Assembly (NCBI GenBank): GCA_002269645.1
Contig: NIVC01000751.1
Span: 186,001-250,000 of the forward strand
Direction: 5' to 3'
Source of the DNA: Macrostomum lignano
Taxonomy: Eukaryota
DNA: 64,000 nucleotides
How positions within the stretch are numbered: position 1 is the stretch's first letter; each line of letters opens with the position of its first letter. Positions 11,531-36,100 of this stretch are shown here, one piece after another. A program made the translations under genes and the position numbers. The notes beneath the pieces were generated by a model. That model was not told the DNA's origin. It ran no database searches and was given only the letters and a program-made list of their open reading frames with translations.

Positions 11531-11919
11531 ACCCAATTGAGTCACGCAATACAGAGCGAGCTCAACTTCTGGCTTCCTTCTTTTGCCTCGATAAACTACC
11601 CATCTGTACCTCCCGCAGAAACAGCAGCAAATATTGACTCTCAGTCCTAGCAGTGTGCCAGCTCCTTAGACTGCGTGTTCCACACGGCGACAGGTTCAAA
11701 TATTTGAACAATGAGCGCACACGATGTGACATTGGGAAGGGGACGGCAGACACCTTCGACACTGGGCAAATAAGGCTAATATAAGGCAGCCATTAGGACA
11801 TACTGAATAATAAACAATACTGATCTGATAAAACATTAGGCTGGATACGTATTGCCTTAGGCATGTATATTCCCTGTTACTCCATGGAGACCCAGATCTA
11901 AAACCTAGAGTGACATCTG

Positions 11920-12248
11920 CGGCGCTAAAATAAGTGACGGTGGCGCTAAAATAAGTGACGGTGGCGCTAAAATAAGTGACGGTGGCGCTAAAATGAGTGA
12001 AATCCGTGTTGCAAAAAATGAGTGATATCTGTGGCGCTAAAATGAGTGATATCTGTGGCGCTAAAATGAGTGACCGTAGCGCTAAAATGAGTGACATCTG
12101 TGGCGCTAAAATAAGTGACCATAGCGCTAAAATAGTGATATCCGTGGCGCTAAAATGAGTGACCGTGGCGCTAAAATAGTGATATCTGTGGCGCTGAAAT
12201 GAGTGACCGTGGCGCTAAAATGAGTGATATCTGTGGCGCTAAAATGAG
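11920..12248. repeat. 21-24-bp minisatellite (ggcgctaaaatgagtgac..)
   Basis: Tandem units visible. Confidence 0.9.
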
Positions 12249-12589
12249 AAAAGATGTGAGATTCGAGCTCATGTATGGTTAATGGAATCTTCAACTCTAG
12301 CCAGCTATATTCGAAAATGGCTAATCAAATCCACTTCTTGAGCAGTGCGTGTGGGCAGCCAAGCAATGCCTGTGTCTGTGTGTGTGTTCTTCATCATGAG
12401 CTCTTCCACCGGTTCTGCAAATACCAAAACTGTGTGTGATTCACGTCTCATTTATTCATTTTTTCTGCTTTTAATCTAAGATATAGTTGACTGAATTCTG
12501 CAAGATGTGTGCTTGAGAATTTAATTAAACGATCTTTGACTGCCCTGCATCAGCCATAAATGTAATAAATGTATATGCAATACAGAATT

Positions 12590-13512
12590 CCCTTCACTGC
12601 CTCAATCCCCTCCGTTTACTGCCTCAATCCCCTCCGTTCACTGCCTCAATCCCCTCCGTTTATTGCCTCAATCCCCTCCGTTTACTGCCTCAATCCCCTC
12701 CGTTTACTGCCTCAATCCCCTCCGTTCACTGCCTCAATCCCCTCCGTTTACTGCCTCAATCCCCTCCGTTTACTGCCTCAATCCCCTCCGTTTATTGCCT
12801 CAATCCCCTCCGTTTACTGCCTCAATCCCCTCCGTTTACTGCCTCAATCCCCTCCGTTTACTGCCTCAATCCCCTCCGTTTACTGCCTCAATCCCCTCCG
12901 TTTACTGCCTCAATCCCCTCCGTTTACTGCCTCAATCCCTCCGTTTACTGCCTCAATCCCCTCCGTTTACTGCCTCAATCCCCTCCGTTTACTGCCTCAA
13001 TCCCCTCCGTTTACTGCCTCAATCCCCTCCGTTTACTGCCTCAATCCCCTCCGTTTACTGCCTCAATCCCTCCGTTTACTGCCTCAATCCCCTCCATTTA
13101 CTGCCTCAATCCGCTCCCTTTACCGCCTCTATCCCCTTCTTCACCGCCTCTATCCCGTTCTTCACCGCCTCTATCCCCTTCTTCACCGCCTCTATCCCTC
13201 CCTTAACTGCCTCTATCCCCTTTCCTTCACTGCCTCTATCCCATTCTTCACCGCCTCTATCCCCTTCTTCACCGCCTCTATCCCCTTCTTCACCGCCTCT
13301 ATCCCCTTCTTCACCGCATCTATCCCCTTCTTCACCGCCTCTATCCCCTTCTTCACCGCCTCTATCCCCTTCTTCACCGCATCTATCCCTCCCTTAACTG
13401 CCTCTATCCCCTTTCCTTCACTGCCTCTATCCCCTTTCCTTCACTGCCTCTATCCCCTTTCCTTCACTGCCTCTATCCCCTTTCCTTCACTGCCTCTATC
13501 CCTCCCTTCACT
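12590..13512. repeat. 22-bp (tttactgcctcaatcccctccg)n grading into 21-bp (ttcaccgcctctatccccttc)n
   Basis: Tandem units visible; the unit changes at about 13110. Confidence 0.95.
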
Positions 13513-13954
13513 GCTAATGTAGGTAGAGCAAATCTCTCTACTTACAGTAACAGTAGTGTAACAAGTACACGCGCTAAACTATATCTTTCAAAATTCGGTC
13601 TCTATGGAAAACACTGAATAGTTTGCTGCAGTTCCATTAAAGGCAGCCTTTTAGCAGCTCTTTCAGCTCATACCGTCCGTGGCCCTGCCTCCTGCGTGCA
13701 TTGGAATCAGAAATGAAAGCAGACATCAGGCTCGACAGATTTGCACTCCGGAAAGGAACTGGCTGCGTTGCTGGCCTGTGGCATGCGCTGATACTGCCCA
13801 GCAACTCCACAGCTGATTTTTTTCAAGCACCGGAAAAGCAGATGATATAAAATGTATCGCCGCTTGAAGTAAAAGCAGTGTAAAGAATTTTTACTACCAA
13901 CCACTGCAGTCAGGGCCTGGCATTTTTTCACTCTTGAAAAGTGGGCGATTCTGT

Positions 13955-14880
<926 letters not shown>

Positions 14881-15938
14881 ACTCGTAGATAGATCCTCTG
14901 TAATTCCAGTCGCCCCAGAACCGACCAGACGGGATTACTGGCCATAAATTGTCTCCTTCACTCTTATCTACCAAATAAAAGGCAGCAGAAGATGCAGGGG
15001 GAGGCAAGAAAGTTGCGATGGAGCCGCAAGATAAAGCGCTGCCGTATGCGGATCTTCGGCACCAGCCCGCAGCAGCCCAAGGCTAAAGGGGCCGCACTGC
15101 AGGCGCAGCCGGGTTAAAAGAGTTATTTGGGGAAGAATTCTCCGTGTTGGTGGTGGAAACAGATCGACTTCCGCGTTGGAGTGCGCTGGCCCCCTAGCGG
15201 CTGCTGACGGCCAATCCGACTGACGGTGCTACGCGATTGCGGAATCAGTAGTAAAGCCAAAATCCTGATCTCAATCTGAAACTCGAGTCTCAGATAGTTA
15301 CAAATAGTCACCTCATGCACTGATGATTAAAAAAACTACAGATAGCAAATGAAGCTGTGTGTCGCAACAGTTTTGTTGAACTTTTTGTGGGAGAGTTGCT
15401 GCTAATTGGAATGTACTTTGAATGGATAAATTATTAATTGGGACTGAAGAGGGATGCGTTTATTCAAGGTAGTTTTACTGATAGCAGCTGTACCGTTAGA
15501 TTACGTAATTCAAGCATGATCTGTGCCAACGCCAACAATAGAGAACCGATTACGACAAACAAATAAACAAACAAACAACAACCAACCAAATACGACAATC
15601 GACAACAATCAACCAGCTAGCAGCAACAAACAAAAAACAAACAACAAACAACAAACAAACAAACAATAAGCAACAACCTACATCAAAGAGCGGATGACAG
15701 CGGCAGAAAACAATGACGAAACTTTAAATAAATATGAAAACTGCTGTTCATGATAATTTAATAAGAAAGAAATGCCAAAGCTCGGCAATTATAACAATTA
15801 ATTTATCGATGCATTGGGAAACAATGATTGAGTTGAGAAGAAATGCTCCGGGACCAGGCACGGCTGATGACGTCAATATAGAAACCGTAAAATATAAATT
15901 AAAGTCAGAGTGCAAGCAGTAAAAATAACTCCCTCCAA

Positions 15939-17867
<1,929 letters not shown>

Positions 17868-18049
17868 ACTTGTCGAATAGTTTCGGCCCTTTGCTTTGTC
17901 AATTTGTATGGGGTGTCTGTTTTTGTAAGCGCGAATTCGCTGCTGAAGTCCAGTTGCCAAGTAGTAGTGAGTGAGTGGCCACAGTTCTGAGGGCGAATGG
18001 GAGAGATTGCCTCAGCTGCGGGGCAGCGCAAAATCCCAATCTTCCACTT

Positions 18050-18780
18050 AAATATGTTTCCCCTCTCTTTCATCCCACTCTCTTCCTTTGTCTCCCTCTC
18101 TCCCTTTGTCTCCCTCTCTCCCTTTGTCTCCCTCTCTCCTCTGTCCCCCTCTCTCCCTTTGTCTCCCTCTCTCCTCTGTCCCCCTCTCTGTCTCCATCTC
18201 TCCTCTGTCCCCCTCTCTGTCTCCATCTCTCCTCTGTCTCCATCTCTCCTCTGTCTCCCTCTCTCCTCTATCTCCCTCTCTCCTCTATCTCCCTCTCTCC
18301 TCTATCTCCCTCTCTCCTCTATCTCCCTCTCTCCGGTCTCCCCCTCTCTCCCTTTGTCTCCCTCTCTCCTCTGTCCCCCTCTCTGTCTCCATCTCTCCTC
18401 TGTCCCCCTCTCTGTCTCCATCTCTCCTCTGTCTCCATCTCTCCTCTGCCTCCCTCTCTCCTCTATCTCCGTCTCTCCTCTATCTCCCTCTCTCCTCTAT
18501 CTCCGTCTCTCCTCTATCCCCCTCTGTCTCCATCTCTCCTCTGTCCCCCTCTCTGTCTCCATCTCTCCTCTGTCTCCCTCTCTCCTCTATCTCCCTCTCT
18601 CCGGTCTCCCCCTCTCACTCTTCATCTTCCACTCTCTCTTTCTTTATCTCACCCTTCCTCTATTTGTCTATCAAGGAATCTCTCGCTCCCTTCATCTCCC
18701 TACCCTCATCTCCCGCTCTCTCCCTTCATCTCCCTCTCCCGTCATCTCTCCATCCCTTCATCTCACTTTATCTTTCCACT
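18050..18780. repeat. CT-rich polypyrimidine tract (duplicate ~25443-26170)
   Basis: Direct observation. Confidence 0.9.
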
Positions 18781-19199
18781 TGTAACTTTTATCTTCCCTC
18801 TATCGGCTACTTGCCTTTGTTCCCTTTTTTGCCAGTCTCTCAGTCCATCTCGCATCCTGACCGAGACCACTCCATCACTTATACTCCCCAGCCCAGCAGC
18901 TGCTATAAAAAACTTTTGTGTTGCTAATTATCAACAATTATACATACAAATCATTTTCCATCTGTTTTTTTCTATGACAGGTAAACATCAGTAATTTATG
19001 ACTCGCTAAGCGTTGACCCGCGCACTTATAGACGCCACGCAAGCAGCTGCAAGTGTTAATCAAAACTGACATCGCTTGGCGAATTTCGACCGAATTAATG
19101 ATAATCAATCAATTTCCTTTCAACGCAATTGTGCCTGACCTTTTTAGCTGGGACCAGTTAGACAGGCAATGCCGGCTGAGTACAATGCCGTGCAGATGT

Positions 19200-20180
19200 A
19201 GAGAGACGGAAGGACAGAGGAGGAAGATGGATAAAGGAGAGAGGGAGAGGGAGAGAAGTGGGAGAAAGGGAGAGAGAGAGGGTGAGAGAGGGAAAGACTG
19301 AGAGGGAGATGGTTAAAAGGGGAGATGGAGAGAGGGAGAGGGGAGAAAGGTGAGATAGGGTGAGAGGGAGAGAGGTAGAGTGTAGAAGAGAGTTAAAGAG
19401 AGAGAGAGAATGTGTAGAAGAGAGGGAGAGAGGGAAAGAGGAAGAGTGTAGAAGTGAGGTAGAGAGGGAGAGAGGGAAAGAGGGAGAGAGGGAGATGGTT
19501 AGAGGGGGAGATGGAGAGAGGGAGAGGGGAGAAAGGAGGTGAGATAGGGTGAGAGGGAGAGAGGGAGAGAGGGAGAGGGAGAGAGGGAGAGTGTAGAAGA
19601 GAGGGAGAGAGTGAGAGGGAGAGAGGGAGAGAGGGAGAGGAGAGAGGGAGAGGGAGAGAGGGAGAGAGGGAGAGGGAGAGAGGGAGAGAGGGAGATGGTT
19701 AGAGAGATGGAGAGAGGGAGAGGGGAGAAAGGAGGTGAGATAGGGTGAGAGGGAGAGAGGGAGAGAGGGAGAGGGAGAGAGGGAGAGTGTAGAAGAGAGG
19801 GAGAGAGTGAGAGGGAGAGAGGGAGAGAGGGAGAGGGAGAGAGGGAGAGGGAGAGAGGGAGAGAGGGAGAGGGAGAGAGGGAGAGGGAGAGGGAGAGAGG
19901 GAGATGGTTAGAGGGGGAGATGGAGAGAGGGAGAGGGGAGAAAGGAGGTGAGATAGGGTGAGAGGGAGAGGGAGAGAGGGAGAGAGGGAGAGGGAGAGAG
20001 GGAGAGAGGGAGATGGTTAGAGGGGGAGATAGAGAAAGGGAGAGGGGAGAAAGGAGGTGAGATAGGGTGAGAGGGAGAGGAGAGAGGTGAGAGAGGGAGA
20101 GAGGGAGAGGGAGAGAGGGAGAGAGAGAGAGAGGGAGAGTGTAGAAGAGAGGTGAGAGAGGGAGAGAGGGAGAGAGCAGA
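19200..20180. repeat. GA-rich polypurine tract (duplicate ~26593-27565, where the two copies differ most)
   Basis: Direct observation. Confidence 0.9.
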
Positions 20181-21477
20181 AGAGAAGTTCCACCTTCCAC
20201 ATGGCCTGTGAAAGAATAAATAAGGCATCACACTGAAGCTTCAAATATTAAAAAAACATTCATATTGTACAATCGTACAAAAAGTGCACAAAATAATACC
20301 CAAATTTGCATCCCAATCGAGGACTTAAAGGCCCTACTAAACATGTGGCCTCTGAAATAAAAACAGCGGGCGGTGGCCGCCACGCCTCTTTGCATTCGAA
20401 TCCGCCTATTAAAATGTTCGAGGAAATTTCCGAGGAAATTCAAGGCAAAAATGTACACGCATTATTATACGAGTGCAAATGTAGAAATCGCTCTGTAAAG
20501 TAGATTTTCGATACATATCGGCTTTACTCTCCGGCAATTATCTTCAAGCCTTAATTAAGAGATTGAATCCCAAAAACTAAACACAAAGAAAAGACATAAA
20601 CAATGAAGACTCATGTGTTAGAGTGCACCGACAGCGTACGCGCAAGAGGCTACTTTCAGTAAGCTAATTAGACAGTAGTATATATTTTTGTTGTGCAAAA
20701 AATCATATTTTAGGGAAATACGCTTAAAAAGATTTAAAATTACACTACAGTGGACAGACACATCGACGCTGTTATTTGCCTGTTTGATAACGGTAGACAC
20801 GGATTAAAGTAATTGCAGGTACCAGCCTGTGCATAGCAACGGTCTGTTTACCATAGATACCATAAAGGACACTTAAGGACGGAATCATATTATCCTCGAG
20901 TAAAACGAACAAAAGCTTGAAAAAAAATGGAATAAATTTTAAACAAAGTAAAATTTTGGTTCGGATTTTTAAATAAGCGGTAAAACAAAAAATGGCGAGT
21001 GATTATAACAAAACAAATGGACGCAATTGTTCAGTTCAAATTGTTTTTAAAAAGCAAAACAAAATATCCAAGAGTTGCAAAACCTGTGCTGAAAAAAATT
21101 CTACAATCAATTTCTGTTGAATATAATACTTTTGTTCCGTCAAAAATGATTTATTGATTTTCAAGTCTCCCTTGCCAAGTACTCGGTGTGGACGGAAGCG
21201 ATAAAATAGTACATTTGAGAATTTATTGTTGGATATTCTAAGAAATCAATTTCCGCGAAGCATGCTGCTGATCTCGTCCCAGTCGATGAAGCTGCTGTGG
21301 CTCTGGCTGTCGCTGCGGGCTGACCCAGGCTGCTGCTGAGGCTGCGGGTCACGTGAGTCGATCATAAAATAGTGAGTCATGCTTCACCTTCGAACTTTTT
21401 GACTCGTTGGCTCAAATCCCTGACCCATTGACCATAAAAACCTGACCCAATAGCCTGACTCACTGACGGTTAATTCA

Positions 21478-22433
21478 CTGACCCAAGCTACGAAATCCGA
21501 TGACCCACATTGCACAGTGTGACCCAAGCTACGAATTCCGTTGACCCACATTGCTCAGTCTGACCCAAGCTACGAAATCCGTTGACTCACATTGCCTGAC
21601 CTAAGCTACGAAATCCCATGACCCACATTGCCTGACCCAAGCACCGAAATCCGTTAACCCAAATTGTCTGACCCAAGCTACGAAATCCCATGACCCACAC
21701 TGTCTGACCCAAGCTACGAAATCCGATGACCCACATTGCTCAGTCTGACCCAAGCTACGAAATCCCATGACCCACACTGTCTGACCCAAGCTACGAAATC
21801 CGATGACCCACATTGCACAGTCTGACCCAAGCTACGAAATCCCATGACCCACACTGTCTGACCCAAGCTACGAAATCCGATGACCCACATTGCTCAGTCT
21901 GACCCAAGCTACGAAATCCGATGACCCACATTGCTCAGTCTGACCCAAGCTACGAAATCCGATGACCCACATTGCTCAGTCTGACCCAAGCTACGAAATC
22001 CCATGACCCACACTGTCCGACCCAAGCTACGAAATCCGATGACCCACATTGCTCAGTCTGACCCAAGCTACGAAATCCGATGACCCACATTGCACAGTCT
22101 GACCCAAGCTACGAAATCCGATGACCCACATTGCACAGTCTGACCCAAGCTACGAAATCCGATGACCCACATTGCACAGCCTGACCCAAGCTACGAAATC
22201 CGATGACCCACATTGCATTGTCTGACCCAAGCTACGAAATCCGTTGACCTACATTGCCTGACCCAAGCTACGAAATCCCATGACCCACACTGCCTGACCC
22301 AAGCTACGAAATCCGATGACCTACATTGCCTGACCCAAGCTACGAAATCCGATGACTCACATTGCACAGTTTGACCCAAGCTACGAAATCCGATGACCCA
22401 CATTGCATTGTCTGACCCAAGCTACGAAATCCG
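21478..22433. repeat. 36-41-bp minisatellite (tctgacccaagctacgaaatccgatgacccacattgc)
   Basis: Direct observation. Confidence 0.95.
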
Positions 22434-22437
22434 GATA

Positions 22438-29816
<7,379 letters not shown>

Positions 29817-31008
29817 ATGACATTGCCTGACCCAAGCTACGAAATCCCATGACCCACACTGCCTGACCCAAGCTACGAAATCCGATGACTCACATTGCAT
29901 TGCCTGACCCAAGCTACAAAAACCAGTGAAGATTTGACAGCTCACCTGAGCCGGCCGACCGGCATCTCCGTAGACAATTCGAACCATATCGTCAGACAGA
30001 CTCCACGTGATATCGTCCAGCGACTCAGCCTGGCTGGGACTGGCGGGTCGCCGATCGGACTCAGGCTGAGCAGCGGCTCGACCGCCTGCCGGCGCTCTGC
30101 CACCCTTGGCAGCCTGCTTCATTGACGCTTGGCGCTTCAATTCTTGGGCTGAAAAATATAGTTAAAACGCGTTTGTTTTTTTGCTTATATTTCTACTTAC
30201 AGTAGAGTAGTCAGACGGTGACGCTTAATTCGGATTCAACCACAAATACTAGAATCACTAGATGGGCTTACTCAGCACATTTGCGTGTTAAGCTACTTTC
30301 AGTTCAGTACGAGTAGTAAGCTAAACAGAAGCATTTTAATGTATTGTATTTTTAAAGCCAAGGCACATTTATTGGCTTTAATCCGCCCAGCTTAAACTCT
30401 CAAACCGCGCCTTTCCACACTACTCCCCGCCCGCCCCAATTTTTATGGCCTTTCTCAGAATTCCAACCTAAAGCTGCCATGTACATTTCAGTGGCCAATG
30501 TACATTATTGCTGAACCAATTAGCAAGTTTTTTACGCCTGCAAGCTTGGACTTCTAAACTTATCAAAGTAATTTCAGCTGCCTTTATTTTTATAAAATAG
30601 CTTATGTATTCTTCTTTGCTACTGAGCTGAAAGTAGAAAGCTGTTTTACTAAGAATATGTGCCTGAGTGGCCCATCTAATTATTTGGATTCAATTTGGCT
30701 TCGATTTCGCCTGTTCTGCTTAGATTTCTACTTACAGTAGAGTAATAAGAACTTTAGTAGGTAAATTTAATCATTAATTTAGCAGCGCTTGATACTGGCT
30801 CACTGACCGAGAGTGGAGCCATAATTTTGCTGATAAGAAGAAATGTCAGAGATTAGAAAGTTAAAAATAAGGGCAGGGTACAGCCAGCAGAAACGGCCTA
30901 GCACGGACTGGTATTTAAAAGATAGCGAAACAAGAGCACCTGTTCCAGCTTAAGCAAGCTTAGCGCTCTAAGCAGTTGAGAAATACTGAGTATTCCACCT
31001 TGGAAAAA

Positions 31009-32586
31009 ATGCCGGACAATGGCTCCGATTCCAGCAGCCTGCTGGAAGCTGGAATCATGCAAACCGTGTGGGATCTGCGTGCCGGATACGAGGACACGCT
31101 TGCGTCCCCCCTGTTCCCAGTGTTCATCTCGGTGGGCTTCTACTTTGCCACCGTGTTCCCCATGACATTCTTCGACTTGTGCGCCAGCCGCTGGGCCTGG
31201 TACCGGAGCTACAAACTGCAGCCGGAGAAGGAGATCACCTGGCCAATGGTGAAGAAGTGCCTAGCCTTGGTGATGACTAATAACTTCCTGTACGTGCTCC
31301 CAGTCACGGTGGCGCAGTACATCTGGGTGCCGCCGACGCCTCTGCCAGCTAAGGCCCCGACAGCGCTGGAGTTCTTCGGCCAGCTGACGGCTCTGCTAGT
31401 GATCTTCGACTTTCAATACGGAGTCTGGCACGCGGTGCACCACAAGAATCGTTGGCTGTACAAGAACTTCCATTCCACTCATCATCAGTACCACACCAGC
31501 TTCGCCCTGGTTGGCCAGTACCTGCACCCGTGGGAGCTGTTCACCATTGGCCTACTGACCACCGTGGATCCGTGGTTCTTCCGATGCCATCCAATGACCT
31601 GCTGGGTGTGGATGCTGATGAACGTGTGGCTGGCTGTTGAGGCGCACTCAGGACTGGACATCTGGTTCAGTCTGAGCACTTTTGTGCCTTTCGGACTCTA
31701 TGGCGGCAGTCGCAAGCACGACATGCACCATATGAAACCGCTGACCAACTTCCAGCCGTACCTGAGCACGTGGGATCGATTCTTTGATTGGGACTGTCCC
31801 GGTGAGTCCGGCACTCGAGTAGGGGAGTTATTTAAAGTTACCATTTGCCCTCGAAAAGAACCGAATGTCCTTAGAAAATGAGCTGAAATGTCCTTGGAAT
31901 GAAGGAACCGAATGTCCTTAGAAAGGAGCTGAAATGTCCTTAGAAAGGAGCTGAAATGTCCTTGGAAGGAAGGAACCGAATGTCCTTAGAAAGGAGCTGA
32001 AATTTCCTTAGAAAGGAGCTGAAATGTCCTTAGAAAGGAGCTGAAATGTCCTTAGAAAGGAGCTGAAATGTCCTTAGAAAGGAGCTGAAATGTCCTTAGA
32101 AAGGAGCTGAAATGTCCTTAGAAAGGAGCTGAAATGTCCTTAGAAAGGAGCTGAAATGTCCTTAGAAAGGAGCTGAAATGTCCTTGGAAGGAAGGAAATG
32201 AATGTCCTTAGAATGGAGCTGAAATTTTCTCAAAAGGAACCGAATGTTGTTAGAAAAGGAGCTGAAATGTCCTCGAAAGGAACCGAATGTCCTTAGCAGC
32301 TAAATTCGAATGTCCCTTGGAAAAGACAAGAATGTTCTTAGAAAGAAGCTAAATAAAAGCATTTCAAAGCATTAACCACATCGTGTCCCCCATCAAACCG
32401 AGCGCAGGAATGAAAGGCGGCGGAGTCAAACCCGAGGAGCTGCTAGCCTGGGAGCAGCGCAACAAACGCAAACGGATGAGCAAGCACGCCACCGAGCTCA
32501 TGACTGGCACGGTGAACGGCTTCCTGTCTGTCACTGACGACGCCAAGGGTAACAATGAAACAACGGACACGGCCAAGGATAAATGA
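31009..32586 (+). CDS. CH25H: Cholesterol 25-hydroxylase-like protein (fatty acid hydroxylase superfamily), exons 31009-31801 and 32408-32586, ~323 aa
   Basis: His boxes WHAVHH, HSTHHQY, HDMHH; FDFQY, QYLHPWEL, CHPMT, VEAHSG, NFQPYLSTWD match the CH25H pattern. Phase-1 intron ccg|gtgagt to cgcag|ga joins in frame. Strict orthology not established. Confidence 0.85.
31855..32345. repeat. 22-bp intronic minisatellite (gagctgaaatgtccttagaaag)n
   Basis: Direct observation. Confidence 0.95.
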
Positions 32587-33181
32587 ATGCATAAATCTGT
32601 GTGCCGTTTCTTTCGATCTTAACTATGAAAGTCTATAAAAATATATGTCTAACTGCTACTATCAAGAAGTACTGACGGACAGTCTGACCTTTTCTTACTG
32701 TTATTAACCCTGTCTAATGCCTCAGTCCTTGAATACGCCAGTAAACAGGGTTAATTTAATAAACAACAAATATATATTGGACACCGAATTAGAAGTCTAA
32801 TAACAGTTTATTGAATAGGTTTAGCCACGCACCCTCGCAAATTTAGCCTCTACAATTTTTCTTAACCCTCCGCCATCATTGTTTGCTTAAGTTGCGCTTC
32901 TTCTTCTTCTGTTTTTCTATGCGCGAGACGAAACGAAACGAAACACCTTATATTAGCTCGACCCCCTGCTCAGGGTGACCAGAAAAATTTTGCCTGCAAC
33001 CCTCGCGAGGACAATGCACAGCGAGGCGGGCCTGGTTACAGCTTCTCTGTACAGTAGAAATATATAGAAGAAGGTGCGCAGAGTTAACCGTAGAAGAAAG
33101 ACCCAGGTGTTTGAGTCGCCATCGTTTCTATGTGAGAAGAACTGCATGCGCCAAAGACAGTTGGTAGACTGGTTTAACAAC

Positions 33182-36100
33182 ATGGAGTCAACTACATTCC
33201 GCGAACTGTTCCCGGTGCACGAGCTGACGGAAGAGATTAGCGGATTCTTTGGCTACATCAAGACGCGCCTACCGCGTCACTCTCTATTCGCTGCTCAACA
33301 GCAGCTCAACGTTCCGTCTGGGGCTAACGATAAAGCGGCGCTAGCAGCTCTTCAAGCCAAGGAGCGAAAAGAGGCCGAACTGCTGCTGAGAATGCAACGC
33401 GCCGCGGAGGAGAAAGACATGGCGGCTCTCTCCGGTCTGTTTTCCCCAGCCAACGTTGATAGGCCGGTGAAAGATGCCATGCGGTTAAGCGATTTGGCGG
33501 CCGCTTTGGGCAGCACGCCAATGCTGCAGCTGGTGCTGGACCATGGCGGCCAGATCAATGCCAAGAACGCTGCTGGCCAGCTGCCAATTCACTACGCCCT
33601 CACCAGTCCGGAGGTGCCGGCCACTGTTGCCTACCTGTTGGAGCGCGGTGCCGATCCGAATATTCCGATGCCGAACGGCGATTTTCTCATGCACAAAGCT
33701 TGCTCGGACAGCGCCACGACCTTGTTGGATCTGCTGTTAAACCATCAGGCAGATCCGGGCTGCTTGGACAGCCAGAGGCACACGCCGCTGCATCGAGCCT
33801 GTATCAATGATCTGAGAGAGCACGCCGAGATCGTCCTTGACGCTGCCCCGGATTTAATCAATCAGCAGGACGCGTTCGGTCGGACAGCGCTGCACATCGC
33901 CGTGGAGAATCAGAACATCCAGCTGATGAAGATGCTGCTAGAACAGGGCGCCACCATCGATCGTGAGACGGAGAACGGCATGACAGCCATCGATTCGATG
34001 ATGGTAACTAAGAACCGAGGCGCACTCAAAGAGCTCATCGTGTACTTCACTGAAAAAGTGTCTAAAGATGTCCGGGCGTACAAGATGACGGATCTCTACC
34101 GCAGTAAGCACTTTCGTCAATTCCTGAACGTTCTGAAGCTGATCGACTCGGAGGCGTGCAAATGCTACTACAGGGCCAGAGAGGAAGACTTGGAGCAGAA
34201 ACGCGAGACCGAGCTGAAGCTGGTCAACGATCTTCTAGACGTTGACGAGGAGAACACGCAGGACGTTATGGACTTTCAGTCCAAGATGATGGCGGCACTC
34301 AAAACTGGCGCCATACACGACTGCACTGACAACCGCGAGATCATTGACACGATCGCCATCTTCACTACAAAGTACATTCTGTTCAGAGAGGACGTTTCCA
34401 TGCTGCAAGACGTAATGCACTGCGGAGTGATTTGGCGACACGTGAGCCAATTTCTTGAAGAACACATCGCCACGCTGTATAGCAAGACCAACAAGGATGC
34501 CAGCATCATTAGCAAGCTGTTTGCGGAGCAGTTTATTGACTACAGCGCCGGTGGCAAGCGGGCCGCTTTGCGCAGAACAGCTTTGGTAAAGAAAGTTGGC
34601 GACGTCCTTGGCATGTACCAGCTGAGCCGGGTGAATGTCGCTCACTGCTTGGAGGTGACGAATCCGATTGACACGCTGCCAATCTGGTCCATACTGACCG
34701 GCAAGATGAACCTGACGCTAGAATTCTTAAGTCAGGTGCAATTCGAAGCTGTGCCAGTCTGCCTGATGGCGGCCGGATTGTTGAGAAATCTGCACAAAGT
34801 TCTCAACGTTGACACGCTGGAGCTGCCATCGATCGCTGTGCTAGCAGATCAATGCGAGATATTCGCCTGCAAAGTGGTTGAACGAATGTGCATGGTTGAC
34901 GTCAGCGAGCACAAGAAGACTACGTACCAATATCTGCTACAGATTCTGCCAGCGTTCGACAACCTGAACTGCCTTCACCTGGCTGCCAACTGCGGCTGCG
35001 ACACGTTCCTACGATTGGACACGTGCCAAAAAGCCATGGACGTTGCCTGGTACAGATTTCTGCTGGACGTGAATCCAATCTATCGCGAGATCATTATAGC
35101 CTTGGGCTGCATTCCGCTCAACCCACTGGTGTCTATCGCACTCTATCGGGATTATCGGCGATTGGCCCACGCTGAACAGGAGCGTCGACTAAGTCTCGAT
35201 GCTGTTCAGTCAGCAGATCAAACCGAAGGCTCTGGAAGTGGCGGCGGCGGCGGCGGCGGCGGCGGCTCGTCAAGGAATCGTCGAACCAGCTTCATGATCG
35301 AGGACGACGACACCAGAGACGCGACGAGTACAATGTTCTCAGACGCTTTGGAATTCCAGCCGCCGGATCCGCGGCTGCACGGCGGCACTATGGCCGCAAA
35401 AGTTTCCGAATGCTGCACCCTGTACTATTATTTCTATCAGATTCCGGCCGTGAAGTTTCGCTACTTCACCATCAGCCACCTGGTGCTGCTGTGCACCCTG
35501 TCCTATGTGGTGCAGTTTCAACTCAACGCCAGCATCACGGCGCTTGAGGTATTTGTCTACATCACGGCGTTTGGCTTCGTTGTTGAAGAGGCAAAAAAGT
35601 TTGTCCAGTCCATCTGGCGCCAGAAACTGTTGGACTATGTGAGAAACAAGTGGAACATTTTCGACTTTGTGACTAGCCTCATCTTTCTGACTGGTTTCGT
35701 CCTGCGGCTTGTGGTTCTGGAGTACGAGCCCTACAGTTTGGACCAGACTATGCTAGGCTTGTTCGACAACCGCCTGTGGTATTGTACCAGGGCATTTCTA
35801 GGCACTTACTGCCTGCTATTGTGGGTGAAGCTTTTGAACACATCTAGGGTGCATCAGTACTTTGGACCCAAACTAAAGATGATCTACAAAATGATCATCA
35901 AAGATCTCTTGCCGTTTCTATTCATCTTAATAATATTTCTATTGGGATTCGGCATACTCATGTGCAGCCTGCTCTATCCGAACGGTTACTACGCCTACAA
36001 TCCCAACAGGATGAGCCTAATCAGCATGGCCAAGCGACTCGTGCAATTCTGCTTCTTCAGCGTATTCGGCGAGTACCATCTGGACACGGTGAACGGCGAA

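Noticed and set aside
13675-13810. Faint resemblance of PVPFRSANLSSLMSAFISDSNAR to the kinesin HxPFRxSKLT..SFIG motif
   Set aside because: No P-loop or DLAGSE motif found in neighbouring segments; too weak to name.
30976-31881. CH25H-like as the single 301-aa ORF; TRP starting at 33074
   Set aside because: Both listed starts are non-ATG codons. The ORF tail after 31801 reads into an intron, and the spliced model is phase-consistent.
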